In this document: positions 22,205-31,365 of the stretch, in pieces | Layout of the letters: every line of letters starts with the position of its first letter | Numbering within the stretch: position 1 is the stretch's first letter | NCBI RefSeq assembly: GCF_006345805.1 | Contig: NW_021832185.1 | Span: 1 to 31,365 of the forward strand | Length of the DNA stretch: 31,365 bases | DNA from: Octopus sinensis | Lineage: Eukaryota | Direction: 5' to 3' | Made by a program: the position numbers and the translations under genes | Notes under the pieces: generated by a model | Seen by the model: the letters and a program-made list of their open reading frames with translations, nothing else | What the model was told of the DNA's origin: nothing | Databases searched by the model: none

Positions 22205-22590
22205 GGGATGGAAGCACTCCGTCGGTTACGACGATGAGGGTTCCGGTTGATCCGAATCAACGGAACAGCCAGCTCGTGAAATTAACGTGTAAGTGGCTGA
22301 GCACTCCACAGACACCGCACCCTAACGTAGTTCTCGGGATATTCAGCGTGACACAGAGAGTGACAAGGCCGGCCCCTTGAAATACAGGTACAGGAAAACA
22401 GGAAGTAGAGTGAGAGAAAGTTGTGGTGAAAGAGTACAGCAGGGATCACCACTATCCCCTGCCGGAGCCTCGTGGAGCTTTTTAGGTGTCTTCGCTCAAT
22501 AAACACTCACAACGCCCGGTCTGGGAATCGAAACCGCGATCCTATGACCACGAGTCCGCTGCCCTAACCACTGGGCCATTGCGCCTCCAC
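22205..22590 (-). mobile_element. SINE family B long variant, full length, with TSD
   Basis: Flanks tgtgatgatatt (22193-22204) and tgggatgatatt (22591-22602); A and B boxes in the head. Confidence 0.92.
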
Positions 22591-23328
22591 TGGGATGATA
22601 TTAGAGAAGGTATATTGAAGAAAAGTAATTGTGTTGCAATGCGATTATGTGTTGTAGTCCTGAATTGCGTATGACACGAGGCCCAGCTTTATATGAATTG
22701 TGAACTTGATGTTAAGGTCATTCGAGCAATGCTGGTGGTATATTTTCCACATTGTGCAATAAAATAAATAGTAAAATTATGTAAAGTATTTATGCTCAAA
22801 AAGATATTTGATTCTGTTTTTGCTAATATTATGTTCCAAATTTCATTCTCAATAACAGCGAGTTTTAAATAATCGTCCAAAATTTTAGATTAGTCTGAAA
22901 TTTCGAAAATTTCTCTTTATCAGCCTTATAAATAATTCAAATTTTTACACTACAGCATATTGAAATTTTAAACTTAGCTCATGGATCTTGCATTGCGGAG
23001 CCTTAATGATTGCGAATCATGAGACGACAAACGCTGGAGTAGGGCATGTTCAAATAAATCAAGTTACATTAATACAGCCGCGAGCAGAATGATTATGACA
23101 GAGGGTTTGTAACAAAGGCACAAGGACAGCGTCTTTAAGGGGGCTAGTGGTGTTGGTCGTGTAGAAGTTTAATCAATTATATCAACCTCAGTGCTTGACT
23201 CCAAAATTTTATTACTGAAGGATGAAAGGCTAGATTCATCTGAGTAAGATTTGAAATCAGAACAAATAGGCACATAAATGGCTGTGTCGTAAGAAGCTTG
23301 TTTTCCATCCACATGGTTCCAGGTTCAA

Positions 23329-24053
23329 CATTTTGGGGGGAGGGAACCAGTCGATTAGATCGACCCCAGTACGCAACTGGTACTTAATTTATCGACCCCG
23401 AAAGGATGAAAGGTAAAGTCGAACTCTGCGGAATTTGAACTCGGAACGTAAAGACAGACGAAATACCTATTTCTTTACTACCCACAAGGGGCTAAACACA
23501 GAGAGGACAGACAAGGACAGACAAACGGATTAAGTCGATTACATCGACCCCAGTGCGTAACTGGTATTTATTTAATCGACCCCGAAAGGATGAAAGGTAA
23601 AGTCGACCTCGGCGGAATTTGAACTCAGAACGTAGCAGCAAACGAAATACCTATTTCTTTACTACCCACAAGGGGCTAAACACAGAGGGGACAAACAAGG
23701 ACAAACAAAGGTATTAAGTCGATTACATCGACCCCAGTGCGTAACTGGTACTTAATTTATCGACCCCGAAAGGATGAAAGGCAAAGTCGACTTCGGCGAA
23801 TTTGAACTCAGAACGTAACGGCAGACGAAATACCTATTTCTTTACAGGGGCTAAACACAGAGGGGACAAACAAGGACAGACAAACGGATTAAGTCGATTA
23901 CATCTACCCCAGTGCGTAACTGGTATTTAATTTATCGACCCCGAAAGGATGAAAGTCGACCTCGACGGAATTTGAACTCAGAACGTAACGGCAGACGAAA
24001 TACGGCTACGCATTTCGCCCGGCGTGCTAACGTCTCTGCTAGCTCGCCGCCTT
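23329..24053 (-). mobile_element. Head-to-tail tetramer of SINE family C (one head, three C1 bodies, one C2-tailed body)
   Basis: Junction aaatacctatttcttt at 23461, 23645 and 23828; periods of 184, 183 and 170 bp; single head at 24000-24053. Confidence 0.93.
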
Positions 24054-24296
24054 CACGATCCAGCAATTCTGCCATTCCACAGCTCGCGACCGGGAATTTA
24101 TTTGTCCTAGAAGCACGAAAAGGTAAAGTTGACTGTAGCAAGATTTGAACTTGTAACGCAAGGACCTGTATAAATACTACGAGACTGTTACGATTCTTTC
24201 TGAATTCGCCATTTACTTACAGAGTGTTTGGTAACAGGTGTAAGTAATTTTAGAAATACCCCACCATTTTCTAAACGGGCACCATAAACAACTTTC

Positions 24297-24310
24297 AGAG
24301 AGAGATATAG

Positions 24311-24399
<89 letters not shown>
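24297..24399. repeat. (GA)n/(GATA)n microsatellite
   Basis: Visible tract. Confidence 0.97.
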
Positions 24400-24403
<4 letters not shown>

Positions 24404-24814
24404 TAAACAAATAAATATATACCAATATGATAATAAAGAATTTCGAAAAGTCTCAAGAATTTTCGAAATACGTCCAAAGGTGCCTTGACAGACAGATGTA
24501 TGTTTATTCTAAAGAATTTCTTGGGGCTTTCATATATTCTTCCACCATTTCGCTGAAATGACCATCATGTCGAGTGTTCAGTATTAAATAAACAGAAAAG
24601 AGAAAGAAACAAACATCCGAATTATAGCCAATTTTTTTTTTTTCAAAACGTTTCACCGTGGTTAAGGCAGCGGCGAAGGAGATGGAGGATGGCGGAATTT
24701 GTTGAGTGTCTGTGTATTTAGTTGCGTACCTTTACGTTTCGTGTTCTAATCTCGCTCTGAGGCGGATTTTATTTTGCGGCCTTACTTGGTCTGACATAAA
24801 GCAGAGAGCTACAT

Positions 24815-25022
24815 AATCGTTAGTATATCGGGTAAAATGCTTAGCGGCATTTTCGTCCTTTTTAAAGTTCTGTGTTCAAATTCCTCTGAGTTGACTTTGC
24901 CTTTCATCCTTCGGGATCGATGAAATAAGATCAGTTGAGCATTAGAGTTAATGTAATCGACTTTATCCACCCCATCACCGCCGAAATTACTGGCTTTGTG
25001 TCAAAATTTGAAGCCAAATATC
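24815..25022 (+). mobile_element. SINE family C (C2 tail), diverged
   Basis: gttcaaattcc...gactttgcctttcatccttcgggatcgatgaaataag. Confidence 0.8.
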
Positions 25023-25043
25023 ACAGATCGATATGTGTCTGAA

Positions 25044-25290
25044 GTGAAGACGTGTGGTCTAGTGGCTACATCATCGCACTCACGACCGCAGGATCATGGT
25101 TTCGCTTCCCAGACAGGACGGTGCGTTGTGTTCTTGAGCAAGACACTCCGTTTCACCTTCCTCCAGTGCTCTCAGCTGTGAATGAATAACACTGCGATGA
25201 ACTGGCGTCACGTCCAGGGGGAGTGTGGTGACCCTACTTTCTTATATGCAATGGAAAGTAGTCTTGTGGGTCCCAGGGCTCAAGACAGTA
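25044..25290 (+). mobile_element. SINE with family B head and a different, V-domain-like 3' part
   Basis: B-type head and ttcttgagcaagacact, then ctgcgatgaactggcgtcacgtccaggggg. Confidence 0.65.
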
Positions 25291-25387
25291 ATGTCGCTAT
25301 ACGTTCCTTCCTTCGAAGATGTTTTGGTTTACAGTTCTATACTTAAGAGATGAGGAATTATGTACATTATTTACATTATTTACATTA

Positions 25388-25684
25388 TACAAAGGTGAAA
25401 CATGCCACCCCCTCAAGATAAGGGTAGACGAACATCGCAAAGCTGTGACACAAGGAGACATTCATAAATCGGGTATAGCTGATCATGTGTGGAAAAATGG
25501 AAACCACCTCCCTCTGTGGGATGAAGTTAAAATAATAGACAGAAAACACTACTGGAAAATACGAAAACTAAATGAAGCAGCACATATGCTAGGACACAAC
25601 AACCTCCTAAGCAGACCGAGTGCAGATATGGGCAGCATATGGGAACCGGTACTAAGGAAGGATAGGAGAATATTAGATTTATAA
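25388..25684 (+). pseudogene. GIY-YIG endonuclease C-terminal portion of a Penelope-like element
   Basis: YKGETCHPLKIRVDEHRKAV...KSGIADHVW...HLPLWDEVKIID...RKLNEAAHM matches Y.G.T.R.L..R..EH...S.IA.H...H...W....I...R...E..I. Confidence 0.92.
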
Positions 25685-25902
25685 GCCCTAAAATTCACTC
25701 CATAATTGCCCACTGGCATATGGCATGTTTCACCTTAAGAGCGCGGGCTACTAACCCCAAGATTCCGAGTTCGATTCTAAGCAGTGACCTGAACAATAAT
25801 AATAATAATAATAATAATAACAATAATAATAATAATAATAACAACAACAACAACATCGAAAAATACCTTAGGAATGGGAACCTAGGTTCGAAATTTCCCC
25901 AA

Positions 25903-25948
25903 GACACCTGAAGAAAACTGGAGGGTATATCAGCCAAAACGTTGTGTT
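25903..25948 (+). ncRNA. Degenerate hammerhead motif in the Penelope 3' repeat
   Basis: GACAC-CTGAAGA-aaactg...cagcc-AAAACGTT-GTGTT; G12 is A and stem II is partly broken. Confidence 0.6.
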
Positions 25949-26102
25949 TACAACAAACGAGATGAGGACAAATATCCGTCAAATGTAAATAATGTATGTT
26001 TTAGTTTGTGTTGCACTTGCTAATCAGTATTTACCATGCTTAAGGCGACGTGTAGTGTTCTTGAGCAAGACACTTCATTTCACGTTGCTCGAGTCTTTCT
26101 TT

Positions 26103-27717
<1,615 letters not shown>

Positions 27718-27960
27718 CCTTCGAAACGTTTAGTAGATGAAACCTTAGCGACTGAAGAAGGGGATTTTTCGTTGTGCTTATTGTCCTGTATCTCTTTTTT
27801 TGCTTGTCTTGTTCCTTGGTTTGTGTCTAAGTTTTTCGTCTCTCTATGTGTTCGACGTCTTTTTGGTGTCCTGTACACATATATGCGTGTATATGTACAT
27901 GTAGAGGTAGGTACGTACATATATGTTTATATATATGCATATGTTCTATTTTATTAACTT
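27718..27960 (+). mobile_element. Dispersed repeat with hammerhead-like cores, probably Penelope-related
   Basis: ccttcGAAACGTTtagtagatgaaaccttagcgaCTGAAGAagggg; its 3' part (tacatgtagaggtaggtacgtacat) recurs inverted at ~12519-12545. Confidence 0.55.
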
Positions 27961-28600
27961 ATATATATATATATATATATAAAGGCGTGTATGTCTGTGT
28001 ATGTATTTCCAATTTCGATTTGTTTCATTTTCTCTTTATCAGTACGCTCCAACTGTGAAGCTGAAGGGTCATATATTCCAGTGAAGGATCCCTGCTACGA
28101 ACCAGCAACATCTAGCCGGCAACTAGCCTCTCTGCATGTGGCTTGGCAAACGTCGCATTAGATTCGAAGAGGTGGATGGAGACGAGAGTCAATGCCAGAC
28201 GTCAAATACTTCAACGTATAAGCGTTTTAACAAAAGATTAACAAGAGATTAGAAATTACTAGAACCGTGGTGTGTTAATTTTAGAGATAATTTTAGGGAA
28301 CTCACACCAAAAGATATAGATTGCCCGTCCACTTAACATTACTGGTGTTTGGATGAAAAAAAAATGGCGTCGGTGTATCTTCATATCTTTGGTATGAAAT
28401 TCCCTAAGGATATCCCGTTGTTTTTGTTGTTGTTGCTGTTGTTGCTTATCCTTGATCAAGCTGACTTATATTGAAAGGTATTCCAGCCGTAATTTATTCC
28501 GTCTTCGGGCTTTTTAAAAAATATATATTCTTTTTTATTTATGAGATACACGGTATATAGGTCTAAAATATCAGACATGTTTTTAATTTTCTTTTTGAAA

Positions 28601-28666
<66 letters not shown>

Positions 28667-28748
28667 ATCTATCTGTCTGTCTGCCTATCTGTCTGTGTAT
28701 ATATGTATTTACGTGTGTGTGTGTGAGCGTGCGTGTGTGTGTGTGTGT

Positions 28749-28802
<54 letters not shown>

Positions 28803-28815
28803 TGTGTGTGTGTGC
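28601..28815. repeat. (TATC)n then (TG)n microsatellites
   Basis: Visible tracts. Confidence 0.97.
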
Positions 28816-28989
28816 ATAACTGAATAATTATGTGTAACTGGGTAGTTATGACAAACACAAACATGCGGACACTATTGCATCCTAACTCAGAGACGATCCT
28901 GAACAAATTCAGCCGATTTTGCTTTGTTTTGTTCGGCAGTTTCTTTTACGTCTGTACAAAACTGTGGACGAAAGTTGTTAAGAGTGGCA

Positions 28990-30218
28990 CCAAGTGGCAC
29001 CAAATGGCCAAAAGTCTTCTTGGTTTAAGCAGGAAGTTTAAAATACCATCTAAGCAAAAGAAGCAGGCTTGTTTCCAAGCTTGTAGACTTTTGTTTCGTA
29101 CTTTTGCGCAGGTGGTCGCGAAAAGTTTCAACAGAGACAGTAAAACGTCTAAGGTTTGGTGTTTAGCTGGATCCTGATCGGCATATAAAGCATTCTGGCA
29201 GACAATCTACCAGGATAGTAAGTCTCATAATAAGAAATCCTTTCCCACATCTACTATTAAGAACTCAGCTAGGGTTCTTCTCTCTACGGAGAAAGCATTC
29301 TTGGGAGGTGGAGAGAATACTTTACTAATCTCTTAAATTCAGTCACAATAAAATTTTATGATAGGCACGAGGTTCAGCTAAGAGCGAAGACTAACCTTTA
29401 AAATGCTTGAATGCGGAACTGGGGAAGGGGAAATTCGGCCTGAGATGCTAAAAGCTTTCAATAAAGAAGGTATTTTCTGGCTGACTCGTGTATGCCAGTT
29501 TGCCTAGACCTCAAGAAGGAAACCTAAGCAATGGCTATCCGTGCTGATAATCCCAATTTTATTTTAAGGGGAGACGAGAGAGAGTGCTCTAATTTTAGAG
29601 GAATCTCCTTGTTAAGTCTTCCCCTTGGGGTATACGCTATGTGTCTGGATAAGAGATGAAGCAAAATTATCGAGCAACAAGCTAGCTGAAAAACAGTGCG
29701 ACTCCCGCTGTGAACGCAGCTCAACAGATCTGATATTGACACTGTGCATGTCTTTAAGAGATCCTGGGAATATTCTTTTCTACTCTAGGCACAAGGCCCG
29801 AAATTCTTGGGGGAAGGGGCCAGTCGATTAGATCGACTCCCGTACGCAACTGGTACTCGATGGAATTTGAGCTCAGAACGTTAAGACAGACGAAATAGCC
29901 TGGCGTGCTAACGTTTCTGCTAGTTCGCTGCCTTGAGATCCTGGGAATAATACCAAGAGGTGTAGGTTTGCTTAGAATGTCTCAGGAAAGAATTACAAGA
30001 CAGATTCTTCAAGCCAAGTCAACCAGCAGAAGACCTAGGGGTGGATCAACAATGGGATGGTTTGATAGAATCCATAGTCTCAGACGGTCACGCTTGGGAG
30101 TCCAGACAGAAGGTGTAATGACGTTTTCTTCTGGTAGAAACTTATGGTGGAAGTGCCTGCGGACTCCATCACAAGAACCTCCAACGATTAATGGGTAGCA
30201 GAGATGGACAGATGGATG
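28990..30218 (+). mobile_element. Decayed RTE-clade (Expander/Rex3-like) LINE with internal deletion and a SINE insertion
   Basis: Peptides across frames: KAFWQTI, ILGRWREYFTNLLN, EIRPEMLKAFNKEGIFWLTRVCQFA, ECSNFRGISLLSLP, EKQCDSRCERSSTDLILTL, RSWEY, then C-terminal RMSQERITRQIL...RRPRG...W...SRLGV; GATG-like tail at ~30203-30218. Confidence 0.88.
29773..29934 (-). mobile_element. SINE family C (C2 tail, internally deleted) with 15-bp TSD
   Basis: gagatcctgggaata at 29758-29772 and 29935-29949. Confidence 0.88.
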
Positions 30219-30494
30219 CAGTAATTATACATTTTACACTTCATCGGGTTAAAAATTTGAACACAGCTCACGGATCCTTATTGCTTCTTTAACCGTCTAC
30301 CCCTGCGCCAATCAAATTTATGTAGCTTATAGTCTGAGAACCGTTGAACATAAATACTTTCTTCATTGACTTACCGCATAACAATGTACACACGTAGCAG
30401 CGTAATATATTAGCGGTGGTAATAAAAACTTCAGACCATAGGAAAAACTGCAATGCCCTACATTTAGTTAGCAATATCATTTTACGTTCTGAGA

Positions 30495-30897
30495 CAGCGA
30501 GTGGTAGATACGTTAGCACGCCGGGCGAAATGCTTAGTGATATTTCGTCTGCCACTACCTTCTGAGTTCAAATTCCACCGAGGTCGACTTTGCCTTTCAT
30601 CCTTTCGGGGTCGATTAAATAAGTACTACTTACGCACTGGGGTCGATATAATCGACTTAATCCGTTTGTCTGTCCTTGTTTGTCTTCTCTGTGTTTAGCC
30701 CCTTGTGGGTAGTAAAGAAATAGGTATTTCTTCTGTCTTTACGTTCTGAGTTCAAATTCTTTCGAGGCTGACTTTATCTCATATCCTTTCAGGGTCGATG
30801 AAATAAGTAGCAGTTGAGCACTGGGGTCGGTGTAATCGACTTATCTACTCCCCACCATCGAAAATACTGGGCTTGATGCCAAATTAGAAGCCAATAT
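30495..30897 (+). mobile_element. SINE family C dimer (C1 unit followed by a headless C2 body)
   Basis: Junction gtaaagaaata|ggtatttc at ~30722; second body ends aaattagaagccaata. Confidence 0.88.
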
Positions 30898-31228
30898 CAG
30901 TTTACGTTCTAAGTTCAAATCCCGCCGTGATCAAATCCGGTACGGCTGTTGATTTTGTGCAGTGTGTAGGAAATATACTACTCTCACCTCCCAAAAGTGT
31001 CTGGCCCTGTGCCATGCCGAGAAATCGTTTATAACGTTGTATGATGTCTACATATTTATTTAGTATCTATTGGTGTATGTTTTGAGATAATGTTTACATA
31101 ATTATTAATTGTCTATATATTATATATGCTGGTGGATCACTGTCAAAAACATAATTAACTAAATAATTTACAGAGTAAAGCATAATAATCTTACAAATCT
31201 GGTCTACATCCAACGTATACAAACATGA

Positions 31229-31266
31229 TATCTATCTATCTATCATCATATCTATCTATCTATTAT

Positions 31267-31330
<64 letters not shown>
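31229..31330. repeat. (TATC)n microsatellite
   Basis: Visible tract. Confidence 0.97.
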
Positions 31331-31365
31331 GGAGCCGTAACACTGCTGAAGAAAGATCTAAACAA

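Larger units (their letters stand above)
25331..25996 (+). mobile_element. 5'-truncated Penelope-like element with inverted 5' terminal segment and TSD
   Basis: Inverted terminal piece 25331-25387 (tacattatttacatt, reverse of the aatgtaaataatgta tail), GIY-YIG ORF, 3' repeat; flanks atgttttggttt (25319-25330) and atgttttagttt (25996-26007). Confidence 0.88.

Noticed and set aside
23329-24053. CRISPR-like repeat array
   Set aside because: Units are ~180-bp SINE bodies with no unique spacers; eukaryotic context and no cas genes.
31340-31365. CTGAAGA at the window end as the start of a hammerhead
   Set aside because: Truncated by the window edge; the remaining elements cannot be seen.

Overview
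AT-rich eukaryotic genomic DNA, saturated with microsatellites and short retroelements. The repeat content most resembles a coleoid cephalopod (octopus); this is an inference, not shown directly. Nearly all supplied ORFs are translations of simple repeats. The only host-gene candidate is a two-exon 5' end on the minus strand (3990-3967 and 3437-3306) that would continue off the left edge. The rest is transposon-derived: three tRNA-headed SINE families (A, B, C here), R4/Dong-type retrotransposon ends inside (TACA)n and (TAA)n tracts, RTE and CR1 relics, several MITEs, and Penelope-like elements carrying hammerhead ribozyme motifs. Most notable: (1) a Penelope-like element whose 3' repeat joins a tRNA-like Pol III promoter, an (AAT)n tract and a hammerhead motif, with a second copy lacking the ORF; (2) a SINE subfamily whose five 3' junctions at three loci all read AAAGAAATA|GGTATT inside other SINE heads; (3) an intact-looking type I hammerhead inside a near-perfect hairpin; (4) an R4/Dong-like element apparently targeting (TACA)n.
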